The translations under genes and the position numbers were made by a program. The notes under the pieces were generated by a model. That model saw only the letters and a list, made by a program, of their open reading frames with translations, was not told the DNA's origin and ran no database searches. 64,000 nt of DNA, from assembly GCA_947307055.1 (NCBI GenBank), contig CAMZHX010000013.1, positions 1,242 through 65,241 on the forward strand, given 5' to 3'. This document shows positions 18,371 through 30,127 of the stretch, in pieces. How positions within the stretch are numbered: position 1 is the first letter of the stretch; each line of letters begins with the position of its first letter. Source of the DNA: an uncultured Selenomonadales bacterium (lineage in GTDB: Bacteria > Bacillota > Negativicutes > Selenomonadales > Selenomonadaceae).

Positions 18371-21300
18371 TAAACCTAGCTTTGTTCACCTGCACGTTCA
18401 CACGGAATACAGTTTGCTTGACGGCGCGGCGAGGATTAACGACCTTTTAGACGCGGCGAAAAATTTCAGTATGCCTTCGCTTGCCATAACCGACCACGGA
18501 ACTATGTACGGCGTCATTGATTTTTACAAGGCGGCTCAAAAGCGCGGCATTAAACCGATTATCGGTTGTGAAGTTTACGTCGCGCCTGGTTCCCGCTTCG
18601 ACCGCGAGAAGTCTGACGGCGTAAAATATTTCCATTTGATTTTGCTGGCTGAAAATAATATCGGCTACAAAAATCTGATTAAGCTCGCGACGATTGCCGG
18701 CACCGAAGGTTTTTACTATCGCCCGCGTGTCGACAAGGAAAGTTTGCGCAAACATCATGAAGGACTTATCGCTTTGAGCGCGTGCGTCGCCGGAGAAATC
18801 CCCCGCGCCATTCTCAACGAAAATTTTTCTCAAGCTAAGGAAATTATTCGCGAGTACGTCGAAATTTTCGGGCGCGAGAATTTTTTTTTGGAGATACAAA
18901 ATCACGGGCTAGACGATGAATCAAAAGTTCGAGCCGCTTTGAAAAATTTTTCTGCCGAGTTGAATATTCCACTGGTCGCCACGAACGATTCCCATTACGT
19001 GCGCCGCGAAGATAGCGAATTTCACGACTTGCTACTTTGCATTCAGACCGGCAAAACGATTAACGATACGCGTCGCTTGAAATTTTCTTCCGACGATTAC
19101 TATTTGAAGTCGCCGGAGGAAATGCGCTCCCTTTTCCGCGATACGCCTGAAGCTTGCGATAATACTTTGAAAATCGCGGCGCGTTGCAACGTCACGATTG
19201 AGTTTGGGAAATTGCAAATGCCCGAATTCCCATTGCCCGCCGGTTACAGCGACGTCGATTATCTGCGCGACCTGTGCTATAAAAAAATTCCAACCCGCTA
19301 CAAAACTTTGACAGACGAAATTAAAACGCGGCTCGACTACGAATTGAAAATTATTCACGACATGGGCTACGACGGCTACTTTTTGATTGTCTGGGACTTC
19401 ATCAACTTTGCGCGGCAGAAAAAAATTCCGGTCGGTCCTGGACGCGGCTCGGCGGCCGGTAGTCTCGTCGCTTACCTCTTGGAGATTACCGAGCTCGACC
19501 CGATTAAATATAATCTGCTCTTTGAACGCTTCCTGAATCCCGAACGCGTCACGCTCCCCGACATCGACGTTGACATTTGCTACATTCGCCGCGACGAAGT
19601 TATTTCTTATGTCCGCGAGCGTTACGGCGTCGAGCACGTCTCGCAAATCGCGACGTTCGGGACGATTGCCGCTAAGTTGTCTATTCGCGACGTTGCCCGC
19701 GTCTTGAACGTCGATTTTAAAGAAAGTTCGCGGCTCGTCAAAATGATTCCAAATGTCCTGAACATTTCGCTAGACGACGCCTTGAAAAAATCTAAGGAAC
19801 TGCGCGACGAATACGAGACCAATCCCGAATCAAAAAGAATTATCGACTTCGCTAGGAAATTGGAAGGACTCCCGCGTCACTTATCGGTTCACGCGGCGGG
19901 CGTCGTGATTTCAAAATTGCCGCTCGATGAAATTGTCCCGCTACAACTTTCAAACGACGTCCTCGTAACGCAATTCGACAAAGATAAAGTCGAAGAGCTC
20001 GGCCTGTTGAAAATGGATTTCTTAGGACTGCGCACATTAACGATAGTCGCGGAGACTTTAGCCAACATAAAAAATTTGCGCGGCGTTGAACTCGAACTTT
20101 CTAAAATCCCGTCGCGCGACAAGAAGACGGCTAAAATGTTATCGGCGGGCGAAACTGCCGGAGTTTTCCAAATGGAGTCGCCCGGCATGACGGCATTAGT
20201 CAGAGATTTGCGCCCCGAAGGTTTCGAGGACTTAATACCGACGGTCGCGCTTTACAGGCCGGGGCCATTAGGTTCGGGCATGGTCGAAGATTTTATCGCG
20301 GGCAGACGCGGCCGCAAAGTCAAAGAGTATCTGCACCCGAAACTCGCGCCGATTTTGAAAGAAACTTTCGGCGTGGTTTTGTATCAAGAACAAGTCATGC
20401 AAATCGTCCAAACTTTAGCGGGCTTCACGTTGGGTCAAGCAGATATTTTGCGGCGAGCTATGAGCAAAAAGAAAGCCGATATATTATTAGCGCAGAAGGA
20501 AAATTTCCTGCGCGGTTGCGAATCGAATGGCGTTGAGAAAACTTTGGCGGAGAAAATTTTCGAGTTGCTTAGTCACTTCGCCGATTACGGCTTTAATAAA
20601 TCGCACTCAGCGGCATACGGCTTGTTGGCGTGGCAGACAGCTTACCTAAAAGCGCATTACCCTGCAGAATATATGTCGGCGATGATGTCTGGCACGCAAG
20701 ACCCTGACAAAATCACGACCTACATTGAAATTGCGCGGCGTATGAAAATTAAAGTTTTGTCGCCCGATATAAATTTGAGCGCGGCGCACTTCACGATTGA
20801 TAAGGGCGCGATTCGCTTCGGGCTGTTCGCGATAAAAAATGTCGGCGAGGTCGCGACTGAAAATATCATTCATGAGCGCGAACGCGGCGGAGAATTCAAA
20901 TCGCTTGCAGATTTTTGCGGGCGCGTCGATTCAAAAAGTTTCACGCGGCGCAGTCTCGAAAATCTGATAAAATGCGGCGCGTTCGACGGCTTGAAAAAAA
21001 GTCGGGCGGCTCTGCTTGCATCGGTTGATTCCGCGATTGAAATTGGATCTAGGCGGCGCATGGAACGCAAAAGCGGCGCGATAAGTCTTTTTGGCGATGA
21101 CTTGCCCGCGCAAGTCGAAAAAATTCCGGACGTCAAAGAAAATTCCAAAGCTGAAATTCTCGCGTGGGAAAAGGAAACGCTCGGCTTTTACATTTCGGGT
21201 CACCCGCTCGACGAATTCCGCGACAAACTTTCTAACCTCACGCCGATTGCAGAAATTCAAGACGGGAAATTTTTAAATAAGCGCGTCAAAATTGGCGGGC

Positions 21301-21743
21301 TCGTCACCGAATCGCGACGGATTATAACTAAGCGCGGCGACTCGATGGCTTACCTCAAAGTCGAGGACTTCGACGGCGTGCTTGACGTTACCATTTTCCC
21401 GAACGTTTTTACTAAATGTTTTGGCGTCGCGGTGCGTGATGAAATTGTCGTCGTGGAAGGGCGCGTCGATAATTCCGGCGATTCGATTCAACTTTTGGCG
21501 GACAGAGTTTTGAGGGCGCAAGATTATTCGCCGGACTTTTGGCTGACGATACCTGCGCGGCTCGAAACTCCGGAGACGCTCGGCAAACTTAAGAAAATTT
21601 TCGTCGAACACGCAGGCGATAGCAGAATCTTTTTGAACAGAGGCGGCGTCTGGAAAAAAATTGCTTCGACGATTTCGGACGGCTCCGTCTTGTGCGATGA
21701 ACTCAAAAATTTGCTCGGCAACGAAAATGTTCGCCTATATTGA
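18363..21743 (+). CDS. dnaE: DNA polymerase III alpha subunit (DnaE type)
   Basis: 1126-aa ORF with an N-terminal PHP domain (FVHLHVHTEYSLLDGA), a pol III alpha core (PDIDVD, GLLKMDFLGLRTL) and a C-terminal OB fold. Confidence 0.95.
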   Translation: MHNKPSFVHLHVHTEYSLLDGAARINDLLDAAKNFSMPSLAITDHGTMYGVIDFYKAAQKRGIKPIIGCEVYVAPGSRFDREKSDGVKYFHLILLAENNIGYKNLIKLATIAGTEGFYYRPRVDKESLRKHHEGLIALSACVAGEIPRAILNENFSQAKEIIREYVEIFGRENFFLEIQNHGLDDESKVRAALKNFSAELNIPLVATNDSHYVRREDSEFHDLLLCIQTGKTINDTRRLKFSSDDYYLKSPEEMRSLFRDTPEACDNTLKIAARCNVTIEFGKLQMPEFPLPAGYSDVDYLRDLCYKKIPTRYKTLTDEIKTRLDYELKIIHDMGYDGYFLIVWDFINFARQKKIPVGPGRGSAAGSLVAYLLEITELDPIKYNLLFERFLNPERVTLPDIDVDICYIRRDEVISYVRERYGVEHVSQIATFGTIAAKLSIRDVARVLNVDFKESSRLVKMIPNVLNISLDDALKKSKELRDEYETNPESKRIIDFARKLEGLPRHLSVHAAGVVISKLPLDEIVPLQLSNDVLVTQFDKDKVEELGLLKMDFLGLRTLTIVAETLANIKNLRGVELELSKIPSRDKKTAKMLSAGETAGVFQMESPGMTALVRDLRPEGFEDLIPTVALYRPGPLGSGMVEDFIAGRRGRKVKEYLHPKLAPILKETFGVVLYQEQVMQIVQTLAGFTLGQADILRRAMSKKKADILLAQKENFLRGCESNGVEKTLAEKIFELLSHFADYGFNKSHSAAYGLLAWQTAYLKAHYPAEYMSAMMSGTQDPDKITTYIEIARRMKIKVLSPDINLSAAHFTIDKGAIRFGLFAIKNVGEVATENIIHERERGGEFKSLADFCGRVDSKSFTRRSLENLIKCGAFDGLKKSRAALLASVDSAIEIGSRRRMERKSGAISLFGDDLPAQVEKIPDVKENSKAEILAWEKETLGFYISGHPLDEFRDKLSNLTPIAEIQDGKFLNKRVKIGGLVTESRRIITKRGDSMAYLKVEDFDGVLDVTIFPNVFTKCFGVAVRDEIVVVEGRVDNSGDSIQLLADRVLRAQDYSPDFWLTIPARLETPETLGKLKKIFVEHAGDSRIFLNRGGVWKKIASTISDGSVLCDELKNLLGNENVRLY

Positions 21744-21774
21744 AAAAGCCCGCCTCATTGAGACGGACTTTTTG
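21743..21774. terminator. candidate bidirectional terminator between dnaE and the C11 peptidase gene
   Basis: AAAAA, then the imperfect stem GCCCGCCTC-att-GAGACGGAC, then TTTTT. Confidence 0.4.
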
Positions 21775-21790
21775 TTATTTCCGCGCAATT

Positions 21791-23809
21791 TTATTGAACA
21801 TCTACGTTGGTTGTAATCTCTCCGTTATTGACCGTGAACAGGATAAAGTTCGACAACGCGCTGTCGTCAGTCGGCGTCATGAACTCGAAGGCGTAACCGT
21901 AGCTACCGTCGCCTAAAGGTTCGTCTTTAATTTCGGGCTTTTCGCCGATTGTGAACGTGTCAACCTCAACTTGCGTGAAGTCTTCGTCGTCGCCCGAAAT
22001 CGTCATGCCGTAATGAATCGTGGTAATTTCATCGCCTGCGCGGAGTTTGATTAAATCGCGGTCGCTCATGCCGTGATTGTCAATGCCCTTGCGCGCGCCG
22101 AGAATGTAATACGCCTTGTCCTCGTAAACGTAAGCGACGAGCAGATTGCATACGACGCCGTTTAGCTTAATCGGAATCGCGTAGAGGTTATATTTTTCAT
22201 TTTCCTCCGTAATCTCGACGTAAACGGGATGCCCGTCAAGCATAGGCCACACGCCGCGGAAATTGTCGGTGAAAGTGCCGCTATCCCAATCGGCGTTAAT
22301 GTCGGTGTCGGAGCCGAGATATAAAATTATATCGTCCTCAAGTGACATGTAAACCAACTGACAATGGACGCTCGACAGCAACTCCATTTGTTCGGCGTTG
22401 AGCTGGACGAAGGCGTTGCCGTCCTTATCCATTTGAACGGGGAAATCTTCCAGCTGAGAAACTTGGAAAAGCTCTTGACGTTGAGCGGGCGGAGTAGTCG
22501 GCGCGGGCATTTCCGGAATCTCGGCTTGCTCGACGAATGCTTTAGCCTCTTCGGGAATCTCGCCGTAAATCAAGTAGTAGTACAAAAGTTTTTGCGGGAG
22601 CGGTGCCGCGTCTTGATTGAGATAATTGACTAAGCTTTGCTCGTCGCCGCTGTAAGAGTAGAAGCTCGAAAGCCCGCCGCCCTTGTCGCGATAGGCACCG
22701 TTGATTCTGTAAACGACCGCGCTATCGACAGCGTTAATCAATCGGTCGGAAGTCTTCGGGAGAATCGCCTTGTTGCTCTTGGCAAGGTCGACAATGTCAA
22801 CCATATTTGTATAACCGGTTCGACGAGTGTTGCCGCCGTAATTTTCAGCGTTGACTGCGCCGCGTCCGAAATTCGAGAAAAAGTTTCTGGGATTCTGCGT
22901 CGCCAACTTCAAAGCCTCAAGCCCGAAAGCCTCGTAAGCCGTGCGCAATTCGGGCAGTTGCTTAAAGTCGACGACCGATAAAGTTACCGTGTCTTCCAAA
23001 TCGTATTCCGAGCAAGCGGCAAAGTAGGTGTCGCAAATGATTTGACCGAGTTTCGCGCCGCCCATAGCAGGATTTTCAGCGAGGGCTCCGACCCAGCCTT
23101 TGTAATTCCAACCGAGACCCGGCTCAACTTCTTCCGAAGCCGTCATAAATCTCGCCAGTCCGTCGAGCGTGTTGACCGTGTCATAAGTCGCCATAAGGCA
23201 AGCGTCAAAGCCAATCATCTCGAAGGGCGGATTATCGGCGGAAGGTTGATGCGTTGCGGTAAAGGCGTTGCGAATGTCGTTTAGGTCGAGGTAATTGCCT
23301 GTGCGCTCGTCGAAACATACGCCCGCCGCCGAGCCGCCGCCATGATCCCAAAAGACAAAAACTCTATGGTCGGCAGGGATTTGCGCACCGTAGCGAATGA
23401 AATCGGCAAGGGTGTTAACGTCGCCCATGTCGGCATCTTCCAGAGACTCGACACGATTAAGCCCGCTTGCGTCGTAAATGTAACGCTCGACTGCGCCGGA
23501 ATTTACAACGTTATTTTGCCATTGATTAGTTCCGCCGGTCTGAATCAGAACTTTGACGTTGGCGGGGAGCTTGACTTCCAACAGCTCTTGAAGGTCAGTC
23601 GAGGCCGAGCCGTAATTTGTCTCAAGGTCGGTGCCGCAAAGATACCAGTAGACCAGCCAAGTATCTTCAGCCTTGTAGGTGTCGGTGAAATTTGCGGCTT
23701 TGGTTACGGGCGCGAGTTTTTCTTTTGGCTCGTCGCTACAACCCGTGAAAAGCAATGCGCAAAGCGTAATGCTTAATGCGTAATAAAAAAATTTTTTAAA
23801 CATAATCAT
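21791..23809 (-). CDS. clostripain-family (C11) cysteine peptidase lipoprotein
   Basis: 672-aa ORF with a lipobox (LLFTGC). The catalytic His context is VFVFWDHGGG and the catalytic Cys context is IGFDACLMATYD, typical of peptidase family C11. Confidence 0.85.
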   Translation of the reverse strand: MIMFKKFFYYALSITLCALLFTGCSDEPKEKLAPVTKAANFTDTYKAEDTWLVYWYLCGTDLETNYGSASTDLQELLEVKLPANVKVLIQTGGTNQWQNNVVNSGAVERYIYDASGLNRVESLEDADMGDVNTLADFIRYGAQIPADHRVFVFWDHGGGSAAGVCFDERTGNYLDLNDIRNAFTATHQPSADNPPFEMIGFDACLMATYDTVNTLDGLARFMTASEEVEPGLGWNYKGWVGALAENPAMGGAKLGQIICDTYFAACSEYDLEDTVTLSVVDFKQLPELRTAYEAFGLEALKLATQNPRNFFSNFGRGAVNAENYGGNTRRTGYTNMVDIVDLAKSNKAILPKTSDRLINAVDSAVVYRINGAYRDKGGGLSSFYSYSGDEQSLVNYLNQDAAPLPQKLLYYYLIYGEIPEEAKAFVEQAEIPEMPAPTTPPAQRQELFQVSQLEDFPVQMDKDGNAFVQLNAEQMELLSSVHCQLVYMSLEDDIILYLGSDTDINADWDSGTFTDNFRGVWPMLDGHPVYVEITEENEKYNLYAIPIKLNGVVCNLLVAYVYEDKAYYILGARKGIDNHGMSDRDLIKLRAGDEITTIHYGMTISGDDEDFTQVEVDTFTIGEKPEIKDEPLGDGSYGYAFEFMTPTDDSALSNFILFTVNNGEITTNVDVQ

Positions 23810-24519
23810 TTTTGCCCGCTAACGAATTTTGCAACGGCTTCGGGGTTTTGGGGTGCCCAATGCATTTTACCGTCGGAACCTTTTGCGGCTTCGCAAGTGA
23901 CTTCGAGTTTAGCTTCGGGGTTGAGCGGGAATTCGTTAATATAATTGTCGATTGATTCGAGCGCGAACTGTTGGAAATCGGGACTGGTCTTTAAATCTTC
24001 GTCGGTCAAGCCTTGAGCTTTAAGTTCGCCGTAAGCGGTGCCGAGTGCGACCAAATCAGCGTTTGATTCGGCGACTTTCTTTGCGCCTTCCTGATTGATA
24101 GTCGTGGCGGAGAGTTCAACGACGGGGTGTTCTTTGTCTTCGGTCTTGACGGTCGCTTTAATGTCCATAGCCACGTGAAGTTTCTCAACATATTTTCCGG
24201 TCATCTCGGCGACGCTCTCATCGCTAAGCGGATACATCTTGAAGGCGTCAACAATCGGCGTAAGGATTTGGTCTTGAACCTTATCAATGTCGGCATCGGT
24301 CAAACCTGCCGCCGCTTGATTCTCGTCCTCAATGATACCGTAAGCATAAAGTTGCGCGTAGGCAAGGACGGCTTTATCAGGCGCGCCCTCGACGGATACT
24401 TCGGCTTTTTGTTCGGCGGGAGCCTCTGCGGGTTTAGCGGCATCTTTCTTGCCTCCGCAACCTACCAAACTTAGCGTGAGCAAAACTGTCAACGCTCCAA
24501 ACAAAATTTTCTTAAGCAT
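23806..24519 (-). CDS. lipoprotein of unknown function (paralog of 24618-25283)
   Basis: 237-aa ORF with a lipobox (LSLVGC). Its stop overlaps the C11 peptidase start (ATGA). It shares blocks with the upstream paralog (G.PDKA.LAYA, L.VTCEA.KGSDGK..W.P). Confidence 0.75.
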   Translation of the reverse strand: MLKKILFGALTVLLTLSLVGCGGKKDAAKPAEAPAEQKAEVSVEGAPDKAVLAYAQLYAYGIIEDENQAAAGLTDADIDKVQDQILTPIVDAFKMYPLSDESVAEMTGKYVEKLHVAMDIKATVKTEDKEHPVVELSATTINQEGAKKVAESNADLVALGTAYGELKAQGLTDEDLKTSPDFQQFALESIDNYINEFPLNPEAKLEVTCEAAKGSDGKMHWAPQNPEAVAKFVSGQK

Positions 24520-24540
24520 ATAAATGCCTCCTTTTTATCA

Positions 24541-24620
24541 GTTAGAAGTTAGTAGGTAGGAGTTAGGAGTTAAGTTAGCGTTATTATAACTCCTAACTAC
24601 TAACTCCTACATTCTAACTA
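24541..24620. repeat. heptamer-built palindromic intergenic element, flavour C (GTTAGRA-type)
   Basis: gttagaa gttagta ggtagga gttagga gttaagt, then a loop, then taactcctaactactaactcctacattctaac (imperfect complement). It lies between the two paralogous lipoprotein genes. Confidence 0.8.
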
Positions 24621-25283
24621 GTTTTTCGGCTCGCCGCGTATGAAGTCTTTAAAGATTTTCAAATCCTTAGGCACCCAAAGAAATTTCCCGTCGGAACCTT
24701 TGACCGCCTCGCAAGTCACGTCCAAAGATTTTTCGGGCTGGAGCGGAATTTTATCAATATATTTTTCGAGCGCAGTCACTGCCAACTTTTGCACTTCGGG
24801 ATTATTTTTAAGTTGGTCATCTGTCGCGCCGTCTGCTTTGAGTTGTCCGACCATGCCGATTAGCGCAATTAACTCGTCGTTATCGAGAGCCGCCCTATTT
24901 GCCTCGACTTGGTTAGGCGGCGTAGTTTTTATTTCGACGACGGGATTTTTAGCGTCATCTTTCTTGAGCGTCACCTGGAATTTGATTTCGTCCTTGAAGC
25001 GCGAATAAAATTTTTCCGAGACGGTCTTCAAGCTGTTATCGTCGAGCGGCGCAATATCTTTGAACGATTCGCTGAAAGCCTCAATCATTTGCCCGCGAAT
25101 ATTTTCCTTGTAAGCCTCGCTGAAACCTGCCGCCGCTAAATTAGCCGAGTCGCCCGTCATAAAAATTTCCGCGTAAGCTAGGATTGCCTTATCGGGCGTG
25201 CCCTCGACTTTTTCTTCGCCGCAACCAGAAAGACAAATCATCATCAACAAAGTCGCCGCGCAGATTATCATTTTCCTGACCAT
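24618..25283 (-). CDS. lipoprotein of unknown function (paralog of 23806-24519)
   Basis: Start taken at ATG 25283 (GGGGGA SD 8 nt upstream), giving MVRKMIICAATLLMMICLSGC with a lipobox. The track ORF extends further upstream without support. Confidence 0.75.
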   Translation of the reverse strand: MVRKMIICAATLLMMICLSGCGEEKVEGTPDKAILAYAEIFMTGDSANLAAAGFSEAYKENIRGQMIEAFSESFKDIAPLDDNSLKTVSEKFYSRFKDEIKFQVTLKKDDAKNPVVEIKTTPPNQVEANRAALDNDELIALIGMVGQLKADGATDDQLKNNPEVQKLAVTALEKYIDKIPLQPEKSLDVTCEAVKGSDGKFLWVPKDLKIFKDFIRGEPKN

Positions 25284-25449
25284 AAAATTTTCCCCCTTAA
25301 CATTCGCCCGAATTATATCAGAAAATTTCGAGCTTGCAATAAAAAAATCCCGCTCGCCGCGTTGCAAAAATTTTTTGAAAATATCTTGCAAAGTCCGCTT
25401 GAAATGTTATAATGCGCGTATAGGATTTTTAATTTGTTTTTAATGATAG

Positions 25450-26808
<1,359 letters not shown>

Positions 26809-26856
26809 AAGCATATGCGCAATTCGTAATTCGTAATTAAAATCGTAAAAACAAAA

Positions 26857-26888
26857 GGCACTGCCTAAATTCGAGGTAGTGTCTTTTT
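26857..26888 (+). terminator. intrinsic terminator after eno
   Basis: GGCACUGCC-9 nt loop-GGUAGUGUC (9 bp including two G.U pairs) followed by TTTTT. Confidence 0.65.
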
Positions 26889-26916
26889 CAATAAATAAAC
26901 ATAAAATATTAAATGC

Positions 26917-26945
26917 TTGAAAGGGAAAAAATCGTTTGATATAAT
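26917..26945 (+). promoter_or_regulatory. sigma-A-type promoter of recA
   Basis: TTGAAA, 17 nt, TATAAT with an extended TG (tgaTATAAT), 40 nt upstream of the recA ATG. Confidence 0.6.
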
Positions 26946-26985
26946 CCTCAATTAATTGCACATAATAAATTTTTGGAGGAAAAAA

Positions 26986-28035
26986 ATGGATAAAAAAGAA
27001 GCATTGGCGGCGGCAATGAAGCAAATCGAAAAAGATTTCGGCAAAGGTTCAATAATGCGGCTCGGCGACGATTCGGCGCGTTTGGACGTAAAAGCTGTGC
27101 CGACAGGGATTTTGCCGCTGGACGTTGCACTCGGAATAGGCGGACTTCCTCGCGGTCGAATCACCGAAATTTACGGTCCCGAAGCCGGCGGCAAAACGAC
27201 AGTTACTTTGCACATGATAGCCGAAATGCAACGTCAGGGCGGGACGGCTGCCTTTATCGACGCGGAACACGCCCTCGACCCAATGTATGCTAAAAAAGTC
27301 GGCGTCGACATAGATAACCTTTTGCTGGCGCAACCCGACACCGGCGAACAAGCTTTAGACATTGCCGAAACTTTGATACGTTCGGCGGCGGTTGATATAG
27401 TCGTAATCGATTCGGTTGCTGCGCTCGTGCCCAAGTCGGAAATTGATGGCGAAATGGGCGATGCTAACGTCGGACTTCATGCCAGAATGATGAGCAAGGC
27501 TATGCGCAAACTCACGGCGATTATCGGCAAAACAGATACAATCGCGGTGTTCATAAATCAGATTCGCGAAAAGGTCGGGATAATGTTTGGCAATCCGGAG
27601 ACGACAACCGGCGGCCGCGCTCTGAAATTTTATTCGACGATTCGCCTTGAGGTAAGAAAGGGGGAGGCGATTAAGCAGGGCACGGAAATTATCGGCAATC
27701 GCGTTAAAATCAAGGTCGCAAAAAATAAAGTTGCGCCGCCCTTCAGAACTGCCGAGTTCGATTTAATTTACGGCGAAGGCTATTCGCATACGGGCAGCAT
27801 TGTCGATATGGGCGTTGCGTTCGACATTGTAACGAAATCGGGCGCGCACTTCTCCTACAACGGCGAAAAGCTCGGTCAAGGGCGGGAGAACGCTAAAAAA
27901 TATTTGGTCGAGCACCCCGACATTGCCGACGAGATTGATAAAAAAATTCGCGAGGCGGTTTTAAAGTCGATAAAGCCACTTGAGACCGTTGAACCTGAAA
28001 CTTTCGACGAGCCGGAAAATTTTGATAACGAGTAA
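26986..28035 (+). CDS. recA: recombinase RecA
   Basis: [37 protein letters not shown] (Walker A), [11 protein letters not shown] and VVIDSVAAL. The start at 26986 follows GGAGG. Confidence 0.98.
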   Translation: MDKKEALAAAMKQIEKDFGKGSIMRLGDDSARLDVKAVPTGILPLDVALGIGGLPRGRITEIYGPEAGGKTTVTLHMIAEMQRQGGTAAFIDAEHALDPMYAKKVGVDIDNLLLAQPDTGEQALDIAETLIRSAAVDIVVIDSVAALVPKSEIDGEMGDANVGLHARMMSKAMRKLTAIIGKTDTIAVFINQIREKVGIMFGNPETTTGGRALKFYSTIRLEVRKGEAIKQGTEIIGNRVKIKVAKNKVAPPFRTAEFDLIYGEGYSHTGSIVDMGVAFDIVTKSGAHFSYNGEKLGQGRENAKKYLVEHPDIADEIDKKIREAVLKSIKPLETVEPETFDEPENFDNE

Positions 28036-28059
28036 TTAGGGAATGGGGAGTAGGATTTC

Positions 28060-28863
28060 TTGAGAAAGATTTTTAAGTTTGGCAATAAGACTTTGGTAAT
28101 TGGGATTTTGAATGTCACGCCCGATTCATTTTCCGACGGCGGCAAATATCTTTCGCCCGATGCGGCAATGGCTCACGCGGCGCAAATGATTGAGTACGGC
28201 GCGGACATTATCGACATAGGCGCGGAATCAACTCGACCTGGCGCGACGCCCATAAGTGCCGAGACTGAATTTAAACGCCTGAAAAAAATTTTGCCCGCTG
28301 TAAAAGAACTCGGCGTGCCCATTTCAATCGACACCTACAAGCCCGAAGTCGCCGAAAAAGCTATGATGCGCGGCGCGAGTATTATTAACGACGTGCACGG
28401 CTTAGAGGATTCGCGCATGATTGACGTTGCTAAAAAATTTAACGCGCTGGTTATCGCCATGCACAACGAAAGATGTTCCGACGGCGACATTATCAGCGAC
28501 ATAAAAAAATTTTTCCTCCGGACTTTGGAGAACTGCGCGGCGAAAAATTTTGACACCAATAAAATTATTTTCGACCCTGGCATCGGTTTCGGCAAAACGT
28601 CTGAAGAAGATTTAGAAATTATGCTCCGGCTCGACGAGTTGAAATTTTTAAACGGGAAGGAAATTCCATTGTTAGTTGGTGTGAGCCGCAAAAGTTTTAT
28701 CGGGGAAATGACAGGGCTTCCGCTCGACCAGCGCGACGAGGCAACCGGCGCACTTTGCGTTCACGCTATAAAAAAAGGCGTCGACCTTGTGCGCGTCCAT
28801 AATGTCAAAATGGTTTCGCGAATGTGTTTAATGACCGACCAGCTGAGGAGGCGCAGTGCATGA
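28060..28863 (+). CDS. folP: dihydropteroate synthase
   Basis: TTG start. Motifs GILNVTPDSFSDGG, DIIDIGAESTRPGA, ISIDTYK, DPGIGFGKT and VSRKSF are present. Confidence 0.93.
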   Translation: MRKIFKFGNKTLVIGILNVTPDSFSDGGKYLSPDAAMAHAAQMIEYGADIIDIGAESTRPGATPISAETEFKRLKKILPAVKELGVPISIDTYKPEVAEKAMMRGASIINDVHGLEDSRMIDVAKKFNALVIAMHNERCSDGDIISDIKKFFLRTLENCAAKNFDTNKIIFDPGIGFGKTSEEDLEIMLRLDELKFLNGKEIPLLVGVSRKSFIGEMTGLPLDQRDEATGALCVHAIKKGVDLVRVHNVKMVSRMCLMTDQLRRRSA

Positions 28864-29222
28864 CCGACAAAATTATTTTGAAGGGCATTGAGGTTATGGG
28901 GCGGCACGGCTGCTCCGATTTTGAACGCCAACACAAGCAGCCTTTTATCGTCGACGCGGAACTTTATCTTGACTTGTTGCCGTCGAGTAAGACTGATGAC
29001 CTCGGCGACACCATTAACTACGTGCAGGTTCTCGACGACATAAAAAAAATCGTCGGCGGCACCCCGCGCAATTTGATTGAGACCGTCGCGCAGGACATTT
29101 GCGAAATTTTGTTGCGGAAATATTTCTTGCTCGAAGGCTTGAAGATTACGATTCGCAAACCCAATCCGCCCGTCAAAGAAAAATTCGCGGGCGCGGCAGT
29201 CGAAATTGTTCGCAAAAGATGA
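28860..29222 (+). CDS. folB: dihydroneopterin aldolase
   Basis: 120-aa ORF from ATG 28860, which overlaps the folP stop as ATGA and has GAGGAGG upstream. Sequence DKIILKGIEVMGRHGCSDFERQHKQPFIVD...NYVQV is typical of FolB. Confidence 0.85.
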   Translation: MTDKIILKGIEVMGRHGCSDFERQHKQPFIVDAELYLDLLPSSKTDDLGDTINYVQVLDDIKKIVGGTPRNLIETVAQDICEILLRKYFLLEGLKITIRKPNPPVKEKFAGAAVEIVRKR

Positions 29223-30127
29223 TTTACTATTTGGGCTTAGGCGCGAATCTCGGCGAGCGTACTAAAACTTTGCGCCGCGCTATCGAACGCATAAAAAAAA
29301 TTCCCGCCGTCAAACTTTTGCGGGTGTCGTCGTTTTACGAGACGGAGCCTTGGGGCGTCGTCAACCAGCCGAATTACATCAATGCCGCCGTCAAAATTTC
29401 TACCGAACTTGAACCGCTCGACCTGCTTGACGAATTGCAAGGAATTGAGAGCGAACTCGGCAGGATTCGTCACGAGCATTGGGGGGCGCGCACGATTGAT
29501 ATTGACATTCTTTACGGCGCGGAAATTTCTTGCGAGCGTCTAACAGTTCCGCACAAATTTTTATTCGACAGAGATTTTGCGCTTGTGCCGCTCAAAGAAA
29601 TTTTCCCCGCGCTCGATTGCAAATTTCACGGCGATAAAATTATTCGCGTCGCAGGTTCGCCCGCCGATTTTAATTTCAAACTCGTTGCCTGCGTCGATAA
29701 AAATTTCGGGCTGGGCAAAAACGGCAAGCTCTTATTCCATATCCCCGCCGACTTGAAAAATTTCCGCGCACTGACTTTGAATCACACAATCATTTTCGGG
29801 CGCAAAACCCTCGAAACTTTTCCGAATCAACAGCCGCTCGACCGTCGCAGGAATATCATCTTGAGCCGGACGTTGAAAAAAATTTCGGGTGCGGAAGTCG
29901 TCGGGAATGTCGAGGAACTTTTTGACAAACTCGACGCGGCGGAGGAAAATTTTGTTATCGGCGGCGCGGAAGTTTTTAGCGAGCTTATCCCCTACGCTGC
30001 GGAAATTTTCTTGACGGTCGTTGACATTGCGACCGCCGCTGATGTTTTCTTCCCTAGCGTTGATGATTTTATTTCAGACGCCGCGCAGATTTTTGACGGC
30101 TTCGAGTTTAGGAGATACACGCGATGA
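29219..30127 (+). CDS. folK: bifunctional HPPK (FolK) - dihydrofolate reductase (FolA) fusion
   Basis: ATG 29219 overlaps the folB stop (ATGA). The N-terminal half (YLGLGANLG...ETEPWG...[11 protein letters not shown]) is HPPK. The C-terminal half ([34 protein letters not shown]...IFGRKT...VIGGAEVF) is DHFR. Confidence 0.85.
   Translation: MIYYLGLGANLGERTKTLRRAIERIKKIPAVKLLRVSSFYETEPWGVVNQPNYINAAVKISTELEPLDLLDELQGIESELGRIRHEHWGARTIDIDILYGAEISCERLTVPHKFLFDRDFALVPLKEIFPALDCKFHGDKIIRVAGSPADFNFKLVACVDKNFGLGKNGKLLFHIPADLKNFRALTLNHTIIFGRKTLETFPNQQPLDRRRNIILSRTLKKISGAEVVGNVEELFDKLDAAEENFVIGGAEVFSELIPYAAEIFLTVVDIATAADVFFPSVDDFISDAAQIFDGFEFRRYTR

Noticed and set aside
26889-26985. LexA/Cheo box (CGAACnnnnGTTCG) upstream of recA
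   Set aside because: I scanned the promoter region by eye and found no GAAC-N4-GTTC motif. Only the sigma-A promoter is evident.
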